The position numbers and the translations under genes were made by a program. From positions 19,344,001 through 19,408,000 of the forward strand of contig CM060734.1 of the NCBI GenBank assembly GCA_030704615.1: a stretch of DNA of 64,000 bases, read 5' to 3'. Positions within the stretch are counted from its first letter, which is position 1, and each line of letters opens with the position of its first letter. The notes below the pieces were generated by a model that worked only from the letters and a program-made list of their open reading frames with translations, did not search any database and had not been told where the DNA came from. Below are positions 25,944-38,800 of the stretch, piece after piece. This stretch comes from Takakia lepidozioides (taxonomy: Eukaryota; Plantae; Bryophyta).

Positions 25944-27522
25944 GTTGGCCACCCATGGCCAAGTCACCAGCATTGCAGTTCCTGGTGACAACCACTACTT
26001 CAATCCTATCAATGTGTCATCGCAGATGGAGACATTTGCAGTTTATGAGTACACCGCAGGAGCTCTCACAGCTGGAATTTGCAACGAGGCCTGTCCCCAG
26101 AGTTCTTCCAAGACAGATACCTTCCGAGGGTCAGTTTTGCAAAGCTGCATTGCAAGTTATTGCTGGACAGTGGCTGGATGTTGAGCCTTTTCGGCAATGC
26201 ACCAAGTTTCAAGCTGGCCCCTTTTGGCTTCGGGGCATCCCATTGGGCGAATCTCCCCCGCGGTCGCCTTCTCATTCAGTACCTTAGATGTGATGCCCTG
26301 ACTGATGGATTGGGTGCAAAGTCCAACACACATTTTAGTGCTGTTTTCCGTGCAGTACTTGGTGGAGAGAGTCCCAACCTTGCATTTCGAAGGTCTGGTT
26401 TCAATGGGCACACTCTTACAGTGGAAGGCTCCTGGGGAAATGAGTCTGGGCAGATATGCACGGTGGCATGCCATACTGGTGCAAAGAAAGCAATATGAGT
26501 GGTGATTGTGATATCAAAATCTGCCTCCTCATTCGAGCGGCTTTCTGCACGAGGCATTCACCCTTAGACAATCACTCGAACAATAGTTCTTTTCTCTGAC
26601 TCTGGTTTCCTGTTTTCTCTCATGTTTTTCTTTCCATTTTGTCCCATAAGCTCTATGAGCTTTCCGCGGACGTTATAAAGCACCATTTCATTTCATTTCA
26701 TTTCTCTCAAGCAGCGCAGCATTATGGAAGGCACCATTTCCAGCATCTAGCCTCTCAACCACTCTAGTTCATTCAACCCTCTCTCCTTCCACATGTCTCT
26801 CCACAAACAGCTTCAGTACAAGTACGACAACATCAGGGAGGCAGGTGCAGTGATGGCAAGGTATGAACCTAACCTCGTTCGGTCCAGAATCCGGGCCAGT
26901 GAGTTTCATTACCCTGCTCTGCATGGACTTGATGATTACAGCATCTGAAGCAGAGATCTTTCAGTTGAATCACTCCTACTTCCACAGCAGAAGCAGCAGT
27001 CCAGGGTGGATTATCTGAGCTTTAGTGTGACTGCACTTAAGTTAAGGACCACATGACAATAAACTGGAGGGAGGAGAGTAATTCTACCATGGTCCCAGAG
27101 GGACAATGGATGATGCCATAAAAAGCGAATCCTCGCTCAAGTGCACGCTGCCCAAGCAAGCAACCAGAATATTTCAAAGTGGGAGCTCACTTGAAAATTA
27201 CACCAGCTGGGTTTTCTGTCGAGAATCCGCTCGGGTATTTTGCAGAAGGTCTGTATAATCTCAAGGATGGGAAAATGTACATGAAGGGCTGTCGACCAGT
27301 AGATGCCAATTGGACACTGCTCCAGGACAGTGCAGATTCCTTAGATGATGGGCTTCACTGTTCCCTTGAAATTGTTCTGGAGTACCCCTCAATAGTTGCT
27401 AGGTGGCTGACAAGACCAAATGTGAAGATAGCATCACCAGCCGGCGGAATGTGGACGAACCTTTCTACTTCATGAATCTTGAGACTTTCCCGATCACTTA
27501 CAAGCGACAGCAGGATCTCTCC
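25944..27522 (+). pseudogene. Decayed internal fragment of a DUF2921-family gene
   Basis: Pieces in shifting frames with stops: HYFNPIN, LLIQYLRC, FSAVFRAV..GESPNLAFRRSGFNGHTLTVEGSW...SGQICTVAC, CDIKICL...FSLKQRSIMEGTISSI, AEGLYNLKDGKMYMKGCRPVDANWTLL..S...LDDGLHCSLEIVLEYP...ARWLTRPNVKI, DEPFYFMNLETFPITYKRQQD. These match my recollection of plant DUF2921 proteins. Interrupted by a LINE tail at 26548-26702. Confidence 0.82.
26548..26702 (+). mobile_element. LINE family 1 subfamily-b 3' end inserted in the DUF2921 pseudogene
   Basis: [13 protein letters not shown], hairpin and catttcatttcatttc; splits the codons AAFS/LKQRSI. Confidence 0.88.
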
Positions 27523-28909
27523 TTACCTCTTTCCAGTAATTCATGATCGCACTACCACCCCATGTCATAATAACTACCGCTTCATAAAACAAGCTGAACA
27601 CCCCAATTCTCCTTAACTATATTGCAACACATACTCCTCAAACAATCAGAAAGGGACACAGTTCTCACACTTGGGCCACGGCCCCAATACCACCAAGCCT
27701 ACAACCCACCTATACTGTCACTGAACATCCCACCCCCTCCACTCTTGAATCCATTTGGCTACATAGAAGCAAAAACACGCACACAATACCTCTCCCCCAC
27801 AACAGCACCCATTCATGCTTACATTTACATCACGAGGCCATTAATGTTAGCACACAACCTCTCTAACCTGCTCACATCCCCATAGCATCAATGAACTACT
27901 ACAAACTACACACGCTACATATCTCAGAGAAATCCCTATGCTGCCCAAAAAATAAAAAACATCTGATTGCTGCACCCAACCACAAACACTACATGACATC
28001 TACACTCACCATGTCAGGTCCCTAACTACTACACCCATACTACAACTTAACCCAGCAGGACAAGAACAGGCGTACATCTACAGACTGCTTAAACTGACAC
28101 CATACATCCCACCAAAACAAACCACACAACAGAATCCTAGGCAAATAACAATACTCGCTCCATGTTACGACTACAACAAACAGCTACAAGCAAACAACAG
28201 CCCCTTTCAAAGCAGCAAAAACACACCAACACGGATTGCAACAAAAACTAGGATTGATCCTGAACCAGGGTATAATGCTGCCAACATTTTCCTGCTGCTC
28301 CTCTCCAAACAATTCCCCCTGTTGAAAATACCAATCCACAACCCGCCTTGTAGACCAATAAACTCCAGCCCCCATTGCAGATGTCAACGATGCCCCGAAT
28401 TAACCATTCCCCCCCCCCCCTTTCATAGTATTGGTACTACACGGACAATACCAAAACACTAACCTACTACTATGCAGACACTGCATTGCAACATCCACAC
28501 CACGTACCTTACCATTCGTCAGCTACACTACTGCAGTTAACAACTATAACTACATCTAACTGTTGGTCTTCCCTCATCACAAATATGCATCATACAATAC
28601 CATCTTACCCCCTCTGCTGCAGCCGCCACAGCTGCCACAAGTCCACACTCACACTCACTCAATATTTCGACCTAAACCAGAATTCTATGTGCTATCTACA
28701 ATCTGCACACATTACACATGCCCAGGCACCTACTGGTTTTTGGCCAAAGCTCAAATCACACACAAGGAGTTGAGAATGCCATTGCAATTTAAACAACACC
28801 CCCACAAACAGAACTACCCCCTGCCACCTACGTCTGGTCATGCCATTCAGATACCAAAAAGCAAAAGTAATGGTTACAAATGCTACACCCAAACTACAAT
28901 TGCAACAAA

Positions 28910-29010
28910 TGAAATGAAATGAAATGGTGCTTTATAACGTCCGCGGAAAGCTCGTAGAGCTTATGGGACAAAATGGGGAAAACATGAGAGAGGAACAAAT
29001 CCAGAAACCA
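28910..29010 (-). mobile_element. Short LINE family 1 3' end with caacaaa TSD
   Basis: caacaaa at 28903-28909 and 29011-29017. Confidence 0.85.
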
Positions 29011-29107
29011 CAACAAAGAAACATCTCAATACCTACTCACAAAGGTTATTCCCTCATGCAAAACCAAAAAGTTACCCCCTTCTACTACTACAGAAACAGC
29101 CACCAAC

Positions 29108-29180
29108 CGACATTTAGCCTAGTGATAAGGGCGCAAGGAGCTTCACCTGCGGTTGTGGGTTCAAACCACTTGTTACATGT
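29108..29180 (+). mobile_element. Possible tRNA-derived SINE head
   Basis: A-box-like TAGCCTAGTGA 29115-29125 and B-box-like GGTTCAAACC 29158-29167 at Pol III spacing; no cloverleaf seen. Confidence 0.4.
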
Positions 29181-29820
29181 CATAAAGGTGTCCATCCTCC
29201 CACGAAGCCAGTAGCCCTTCGGAGTCAAGGGACACCATAACTTACACTTGCTTCGGCACCGTCCATGTTATTATTATTTTTGTTGCTTTGTTGGAACTTG
29301 GCCACATGTGGTATCCCCTCTCTAAGCCTTCATGGGCCTTGACATGGTTATTTTTGCATTGGTTGCATGGAATGACCTTAAGACATTGTATCTGCCCCAG
29401 TGTGTGAAGTTCGAAAATGTGGAGACATTCAACTCAGCATATGAAGGCGGCCACTCAAACTAAGGAGAAACCAAATCAGTGGTTGTTCTCCTCTTGCTTT
29501 GTAAATCTGGAGTCAGTTTGCAAATCTGCAATCAGTTGTAGAACTGATTGATAGACATGGAGTTGGATTGTGGAAGGGGGGGAAGATGAGTTTGGAGTAT
29601 GTGATGACTTACAAGTCTTCTAACATAACCAGGAAATCACCTCTCATATCCCATGCAACAGAGAAAAACTGACCTTCATATACCCAATCAATTACAACCT
29701 CTTATTGAAACAAGAATCAGCAGCAAAGTAGAGGCTTACACAGCTTTGTTACACAACAACGCCTCTTGCATGTTATAAAATCGTTCATTTCCTGGAGTGA
29801 AGGGTCCCATGTTGTTCATT

Positions 29821-32800
29821 TTACTCCCGAATGGAAGACCGATTCATGAGCTCTGCTCTCCTAGAGGCTGCAAAGATATAGGGGTCACGCTCCCCAGGCC
29901 TACTGGCATAAATATAACATAACTCATTAAGAGCTACACTCATCGCAAAGTGCAAGGTGCGTCTGTATTGTCCACGTCCACTTTCCACATACTCGTAATT
30001 CACATAGTAAAGGGCCAACGCCTCCTCCAGGATTTGATTGATTGACTTCTTCTCCCAAATATTCTCGTTTTCTAAGAGAAGCTGCATCCACAAGGCCACA
30101 TCCCATTTGTCAGGCAGCCCAACATTGTGAACACACAGAAATTAATGCAGAAATGAAATGAAATGGTGCTTTATAACGTCCGCCGAAAGCTCATAGAGCT
30201 TATGGGACAAAATGGAAGAAAAACATGGGAGAGGAAACAAAAGTTCCTCTTTCCTTCCCTCTGGCCCCATCCAGTTTCAAACGGGGTGCACATTCAACCC
30301 ATCAGCTCTTGGAAGTTTTAGGATGACATGACGTATGCCACTAGATAACAAGCACTTATATGCCTTCTCATATAAATGAGAGGCCCCTGATCATCAAACC
30401 CTATTATTCCTGAGTTCAAGAAGATAATCCCCAAAAGGTGAGAGCCTGAATCCTGGGTAGAATATCCGCATCACCTTTCTGCTATAGTTAGGTGTCTTCT
30501 TGCAAAACTCAGGAACATTAGAAGTCTAAGGTAATGACAACCGTTTTTCTCTAACACACTTCCCCCTTGTGCACAATCAAAACTATCTGCAGGGTCCATG
30601 GCAAGGCTTGGAATGAGAAGTGTATCAAGGTCAGTGCTTTTACACGACTAAGACAGTTGCTGACCCAGAAACCATGTAAAACTAGTATCCTACCATCGAG
30701 GGCATGATGATAGCTTCCGGGATGTGAAAAAATTTCTTGCACAATAGTGCCTCAAAACCCACAATCTCTGTTGGTCTGTTGGTCTCTGTTAGTCTGGTCC
30801 TCACCGTCCGGTATTTTACAATGACTGCCTTTTTTGACTCCTTGTCACGAGCTTGGATTGCAGCGCTCATCTCGTTGTTGTATGTCTTAAGATGTACTTT
30901 CCACTTTTCCATGTACATGCGGTAGTCTCCAAACTGAAAATGTGGATCGTACTCCATGGTCTCTGAGGACAACAAGCAAACCAAATTAGAGTCCATATGA
31001 CAGATCTCAAGAGAGTATTGAACTCCACAGTCTTACTTGGAACTTCCATTTGGTCACATACCATTTTGAAAATTCTCTCCTTCCGAGAAGTGGGACAGAC
31101 CAACATTATTTCTGTTGCCTCGGTATATGAGACGAACATACCCACCTTTCTGGAAAATCCTCCATCTCTGCAGAGACCTTCCATAGTGAAGAACCCATGT
31201 GGCCCTCTGGGATGCTGTGGGCTCTCTATGAGCTTACTATAGACTTCATAAAGTCTTTCCAATCCCTTAAACAATAGTTGTTCTTGAGGTGCTTATCGAG
31301 GGCCACTCGCTTTCTCATTTCATGCTGTCTCTTGTCTAAGCTCCTTGAGCTTTCCATGGATGTTATAAAGTAAATTTTTGTTTCTTCTTTCTCTTGTGAG
31401 GACCCCGCTTTCGCTGGGAACAACAGGGAAATCAAAAGTGGAAAAGATTTCTTCTTTAACTGCCCTTTCTACTCTGAGATCCAAGGGAGATTCAATTGTG
31501 TACTCCGTGATACCCAATCTCTCACGGAGGTCTTCCATTTCGAGGATCAGAAATGCTTGGTAGCTTACCTGCACGAGGCATTGACTCTTAGACAATCCCT
31601 TGAGCAACAGTTGCTTCTAGGCTGCATGTGGTGGGACCATCTCTGTTGTTTCTCATCTCATAAGCTCTTTGAGCTGTCCGAGGACATTCTAAAGTGCCAA
31701 TTCAGTTCTCGTCTTTCTCTTTGACTCTGATTCAAGCACCATCTCATTTCATTTCTTTGACTCTGATTCCGACCTTCTCTGTGTAAATCTGCTGGTGTAG
31801 ACCTCTCCATGAGCACAGCATCAGCTGAAAAACTTGCTGAAAGGACAGCGGGAATTTGACCAGAAAGAAAATTGACCAAATGACACACTGCAACTGACCT
31901 TATACCACCTCGAGAATCTACACTGAGTCCCTGACTTGGTTGGAAAGCCTGCTGAGATTTACTAGGGGTTCCAAGGCTATGCAGGGTTTCCATTACTGTT
32001 ATCTTAGATCATTGAGAGAAACCATGCATACCGTCACAAACTGTGTTAGAATTGACCTATTGATCGTAGTTGTCAGGTTGACAGCATGTAGAAGACTTAC
32101 CTTGGAAAGCATACCCAAGTTCACTAACGTCGAGACTTTTGACCATATCATAGATCTGGCCGAGAACCGAGGATGAAATATAATAACTCCGACAATGATC
32201 TTTTTCATGATCGTATGTGTCTTTGTCAGACTTCTCCTTCCTCATGTAGTGTGGCCATTCATTTGGCATCAAATCCGCTGGAAGCTTCACCTGCGCTTTG
32301 TGTTGCAGACCGGGTTATGGTATAGCTCCTAACCAATCAAGGTCCTCACTTAGCAAATGCTGGAACGTTATATCCGCATTACATCCAGACGAAAGAGCCC
32401 ACCAGAGAAGCGAACTCAGACGAGATGAATGTACTCAGTTGGTAAAAATTTTAGGGTACAGAGGTAGAAAGTGTAATCTTTGGGTAGACTTCCCCATCAG
32501 GTCATGAGAAGGCCTCTACCATTCATAGAAGGCTGATAAGGTGCTGGAACAATGTGGACCTTTTCGCTGCCTAGGAAATTTTCCTGCTGTAAAAATTCTC
32601 AGGCAGTGCTAACATCTTCCAACTCATTTCCAAAACCTACTGATGGCATTCTTGTTGCGCAGCTAGGATAGTGTCAGAAAGGAAAGCAAGATCTCCACTC
32701 AATACAACTACACATCAAGACCTTGGTCATGGAAACTACAATGATCTTGGTCACAATGCTTTCGAATCTCCCAATACTGAAATACCTAGTTATTGATCAG

Positions 32801-35800
32801 CCCTGCAAATCTTAGGTTTAACCAATGCCCTTAATTATCACTGGATAAGGAAAGACACAACATCTACACTTTCAAACATGCACATGTCAAGCGCAGGAAA
32901 ATACCTCTTCCCCAGTTTTGTCCGCATCAAGCACCCGATAAAATATGTCTACGAGCTTCACAATCTTTTTAAGCAGAGAGACTTTCTCTTTCTCATCAGC
33001 AAGGAGATACCGGTCCATGTGAACTGTCCACCAGTTGGCAGCCATGGGCATTGTTGGCACACTACAACAATCCCAAGCCCACAAGGTACAATGACAAAGT
33101 ATCAGATACACCTACAAAAATTTCATACTTGAATCCACCTCTGTCAATATGATAAGCTTACTAAAAGGAAATAAAGAAGCTTTATAATGTCCAAGCGAAG
33201 CTCAAAGAGCTCAAGGGTCAAAGGAAAGCCAGAAACAAGAAAGTGGACACCCCAACAATTAGCCACCACCAAAAACTACAATTGTCTCAGAGAGTCTCAA
33301 AGGTGAAAAGTCTCTTGTAGATTTGTAACGAGGCATCTTTGATCCCCCTAATGGAACATCTCTGAGAAAGACAGCACCAAAGAAACTTCAAACTTGGTTA
33401 ATAGGGCAGTGGGGGAAATGAAATGAAATGAAATGAAATGGTGCTATATAACGTCCGCGGAAAGGTCATAGAGCTTATGGGACAAACTGGAAGAAAACAT
33501 GAGAGAGGAACAAATCCAGAAACCACAATTAATGTTCTAGCGATTGTCTAAGGGTGAAGGCCTCGTGCAGGTAGGCTGCCAAGCATTTTTTATCCTCATA
33601 GTGGAAGACATCAGTGAGAGTTTGGGTTCCACTAAAAACACACACACAGAACAAACACAGAAATAGTGACCAAAAGAACAACGAAAGTGAAAAACACTTA
33701 CAGGAATACAAACTCTATATCATCCATGGGGGCCCCCAAGGGCCCATGGGTAGAAGAGCAGAGGCCACTTCACAAAATGTGCCAGTAGGCTGTCAGGTAC
33801 TTCAGGTTGTCAAAGCTGAAGCCAAACGTCTGCCAAACGCTGGGAGTCTCTACAGATATAATGGTAGAGTTACATGGCAGAAACTGTCCTCAAATTCAGA
33901 AAGCAACAAAATTTGCTCACAGAAGAACACAGCTTTGGACACTTAATGGTGGTTTGTCCTTCAAAGTGAGGAGTAACAAGACCATGGCAAGTACAATAAA
34001 TAATTCAAGAAAACAATAAAAAATCCAGAACCACAAAAACACACGTGCCTGAAGCAGGACTTGAATCCTCAATCTGTAAGACAACCAAGCAAAGGCTGCT
34101 TACCCGTCCTTGAACCGGGTTTGAAGGAATATGTTGAAGAGGGCAATTTGTAGCTCCTGGGGTTCCATTGCCGAAGGGATCCTCTTCCTCAAGTTACTGG
34201 CTTTAACACTTGTCCTTTCCCATGGAGGGCTTGTTTTAAAGTACCTCAGCAACTGTGCAACAATGAGAGTCAGAGCCTTCATCCCTTCATGAAGTCACCA
34301 TTTCCTCTACTCATTGGTTTTGCTCACAACCGGACCTTTCATGGAGAGGAGCAGAGGTTTCAACCAAATGTATGAATGGACAACTAATTCATCAAAAATA
34401 ACTACTGAAAGAAGAGTCAAAATCTTTACCTTGGGTCGGAATCACTTGCCTGTATGTTATTACACACCCAATATCGATCACCGTCGAGGTCACCGTTACC
34501 GATCTCATCTACGACCGGACGGTCTCCTTGGGTGGAAAAGAAGATGGTGTACTTGCTTGGACCCACATAGGGGTCAAGTCTCTTGTCCCACACCGCCTCC
34601 AAGCGGCAGATATCCCCTAAGTGCTTGCCAGGGGGCCTATAGACTAGAACCTCTCCAGATAATTTCCCATCCCCCCTGCCAACTGAAACCCATCAACAGC
34701 GACGAACCCACTGCTGGCAAAGGAAAATTGCAGAATAGTGGTATAGAGGGACATAACAACATGAGACATCAACGATGAGTACAGTTCCGCACGGCTCTGT
34801 ATCTATTACGGATGCTCCCAAAACCTGATGGCAATGGCAAATCAGCCCTCCTTTTCGAGCAACTAGCACCATTCCCTGAATTTGACATTTGAGGACCAAA
34901 AGACAGCAGAACACTATAGTGTCTCTCATCAGCTACCACAATTTGCCATTCCAAGCCGCCAATCTCCCTTCCTGACAGGCACTGTTTCATGAGACAACAA
35001 TCTACGCTTTTCAACTGCAAAGACTATGGGATGCAAGTCAATCTTAGCAAGACCAAGATCATGGTCTTCAATGGCCAGGCTGATCATAGATTCATCTTCA
35101 ACCAGCAGGAAATTGAGATTGTGAAATCATACCGGTACCTAGGTCTGGTTATCCACTCCCCCAAGTTTCACTTTGCAGCCACAGCCTTGGACAGATTGAC
35201 TAAAGGTAAGGCGGCCTCCGTCCACCTTCAGGCCAAATGCAAGGTAATACATCTGCGGCATCCCCCGACCAAAAAGTGGCTGTTTGACACCGTCGTCAGC
35301 CCTGCTACCATCTATGGTTGTGAGTTCTGGGCACCTGGTGTCCCTGTCTCCTGGTGGGAAAAGAATTTGGAACCATTACAGTCATCTTTTCTCCAAGCAA
35401 TGCTTGGCGCCAGGAGCACAACTCCATCTCAGATCCTAGGTGCAGAGTTCGCATGTGTACCATTGCAATCCGAGGCCCTCTTCAGGCTTACAATCTTTCT
35501 CCATAGATTGCAGGCCCTTCCACCCAAAGGGCTAGTGGCAAGGGCCCTCACAACATCTATGAGGCTCAAAGCTGCAGGTTTCAGGAACTCCTGGTATGCT
35601 CGAGTGGACAGTTTATTTCAACGTAACGGACTTTCTACTGCTTTCCTATTACCAATGAACCCAGATGAGATGGACATCACATCCAGACATGACCGCCAGA
35701 CTCATTCGGAGAGAGCTTATGGAATTACATGTCAAGAGAACTTGGATGCTACCCAATCTCACGACAAAGCTCCACTTCTATCTCGAGAGACATTCTCGCT

Positions 35801-38800
35801 GCTCCGCGATGATAGAATCTTGAGACCAAATTACCTTTCAGCACCCTTATCTCCTTCCCTCTTGAGGGCATTGGGGCGGTTCAGGGTGGGTTCCCACAAC
35901 CTACGGATAGAGACTGGCGGATGGGAAAACCTGCAACGGGAGGACCGCCTATGTCCAGCTTGCATAGGGCGCAGCAAGGAAATTGAAACTGAAGAACACT
36001 TCTTCTTCTACTGCCCTCTATACTACGAGATCCGTGGGAGATTCCACTGTTTATTCAGTGGAACCCAAACTCTCACTGATGTCTTTCACTATGAGGATCA
36101 AAAATGCTTGGCAGCCTACCTACACGAGGCCTTCACCCTTAGACAATCGCTAGAACATTAATTGTGGTTTCTGGATTTGTTCCTCTCTCATGTTTTTTTC
36201 CATTTTGTCCCATAAGCTCTACGAGCTTTCCGCGGACGTTATGAAGCACCATTTCATTTCATCTTTCTTGTGAGCAGGCATTGGGACAATCTCAATAGGA
36301 TGCAGTATATGTCTGCAATATGGCCAGCCATTTGAACAAGATAGATCATCTTTTGTGCATTAAGTACTCCATCTCCAATGACCTTAATGTGATTTTCATT
36401 TTTTATACTGAGTCACAAAGGCCCTCAGGCTCAACCTGCATGTAGAAAATTACTTGCAGTGGCACAACAAATAGGTCGTATGAGATAGTGCACTTACAAT
36501 GAGATTGCAACCTGATTGTGCTTCAAAATGCCAGTCGGATCCGCCGTGCCCAAAAGATAAAAGCTGTCAGGAAGGGGCACTGAACCATTGCAGAGATTGG
36601 ACATTTTTTCCTCTGCCAACATCCTCAGATTTTTCTGGATTTGTGGGTGATGCAATGGTATTCCTGAGATCAGCATTTGAAATGTCTGATCCCCAACTGA
36701 GTCTGGACTGATTTTTTCCACTTCTGTATAGCCCCCATGATTGGGCACCAAGACGGTGGCCATAAATTACATATTACCATTCATATACACCAAAATGAGC
36801 TATATGAAATGGACCTAAAGCTCCACCTTGAGTAAAGGCTTCTATAGCTAATGGATGGGATTCATAAATTGCATGACAATGCATGTTATGGTTCATATCA
36901 ACAATTTAGTTGTTGTTGGTCCCAAAGGTGTCAATTAGGACGATATAAAATAAGAGGGAAACACTTTTGACATCATGCAAATGGTTTGAAAACTCATCAA
37001 TATTTGTTCATTCAGTCCAAACATCCCAGAAAGATCAAAAATATATTTTTACTTTCATATTGATCATTTTAACTCATTCTTGAAACATTATTCCAAATAA
37101 TGCTCATAAGAGGTTTTTGACATAGCCTTGCGGCCCTAGACCCCGCACCCAATTTGGACAGAACAAGAGGGAATAGACACTACCTTTGTCAGGGGCTCAC
37201 TCTAGTAATGAGACATACCTTGGTATAAACAATTGGTTTGGGCTTTCCAGATTCCGCAAGCGTCTCTGTTGTGTGTGAGCTGCCCAGAGATTAGACCCCA
37301 AACAGGGCCAGGGCTTTAGGCTCACTTGTTGGTGGACAGAGACGCAGGTCCTACGTTCTTGGATGAGGATACCCTGGACATTGTATCACAAAATGGATAT
37401 TGTCATCGGGCATTGACATTCTCCCTTTCCTCTCTGCATCTGTTAATTTATCAAAAGCAGACTCCCAGCCCCGAGTTTCTATTTCAGTCTAGTGCCAAGG
37501 GTAGGTAGGCTGGTACTCACACCCATTGCACAAACTGGAAACAAGTTCAGGGAAGTTTAATTTCTCTTTCATTTGGACATTCTTGGTGCTTCTGACATGG
37601 CCTTAGACACTTCAGCCCCCAAGTCATTTCATCTAGCATGCTCAATTCCTCCTGTTCAGGTACTTGAAAATCTCCTCTACCTTTTTTCGCCAGGAATTTG
37701 CCTGTTTAATAGGATTGTCATCCTTCCAAGAAATAGAATCGCCGATCTTAGGTATGAGGCCTGCGATTCAACTGACCCCACCATCTGACCTTGAACACAT
37801 CAGGACGAGAGCACAAGGGTGGTACGCCCCGACCAGCCATGTTAGCTGTTCAGGCACTCTGACATGCTCTCTTTGAGCACCGAAAGCTGAATGAAATTGT
37901 ACATTTAAGGATGGTTAGAGTTGCCAACCCAATGGCAGATGTGTACTCCGATTTAGGCCTAATAGCGTTGCAAAGCATAGTCCTCTCTGCAGTCGAAAAC
38001 TTGAGTGAGACTCAAAGCTTTGTGTGAACATTGACGAGCAGTGGGGAGAGGGTACAACCTTGAGATACACCTTGGTCAATGTCAAAGAGATTAGACATTG
38101 ACCATAGCACATCTTTTGGTGTTTGCGAGGTTGTTGTGAACCATCCTCCACATCTCTCCCCTGACTCCAGAAGACCACAGACGAAGCCACAGCTTGTAAT
38201 GCCATACTGTGTCATACGCCATTTTTACAACCAGGAAGAAGACAAAAGTAGGGTTTCCTTCTTTTCTCCTTTCCTGAATAGTTTGGCTTAGGGCAAAGAT
38301 ACGATCGCAGCCCCTGTTTCAGTGGAAGTCCCCCCTGATAACACTTCTAGGCTCCAGATCAACCTCGAGACGTGAGCTTATTACCCGACAAAACTACTAG
38401 CCAACTGTGCAAAGAAGTGTAATGCCAAGGTCGTTCCTTGGCTCTTCTCTGTCGCCTTCCTTATAAAGATTGATAATGACAACCTCTCACCAGGGAAAGG
38501 GTATCATTCCAATATGCCAAATTAGGTTAAAGAAGATATTGATGTTCTATTGCTTCAGAAATCTCAGAAGAATTAACAGTTCATCAGGAAACTGCCTTTG
38601 TTTGTCGAATGGGTATGTTCCAGTACGAAGCCATGCCTTTTGGGTTGGGGACAGTCTTTGATCATACGAACAGTTCTTTCTACCATATCCTTCCATTCCT
38701 TAGTAAAGCCCTCACTGTTAGTTAGATTCACTGCCGAAAAGGCTGTAGTGAATTTCAAGGGTTTTCATGAGCATAGAAGTCACCACTGAACCCTTGTTAT

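Larger units (their letters stand above)
24745..29080. repeat. Diverged direct repeats (24745-25040 and 28700-29080) in a C/A-rich block flanking the DUF2921 fragment
   Basis: Shared segments such as caatacctactcaca.a.gttattccctcatgcaaaaccaaa..ttaccccc and tctggtc.tgccat; the second copy is interrupted by a LINE tail at 28910-29010. Confidence 0.75.

Noticed and set aside
29108-29180. Possible tRNA gene
   Set aside because: A/B boxes are present but there is no acceptor stem or cloverleaf; listed only as a low-confidence SINE head.
30867-31274. 135-aa intronic ORF in RDR
   Set aside because: No recognisable motif, and the flanking exons join in frame without it.
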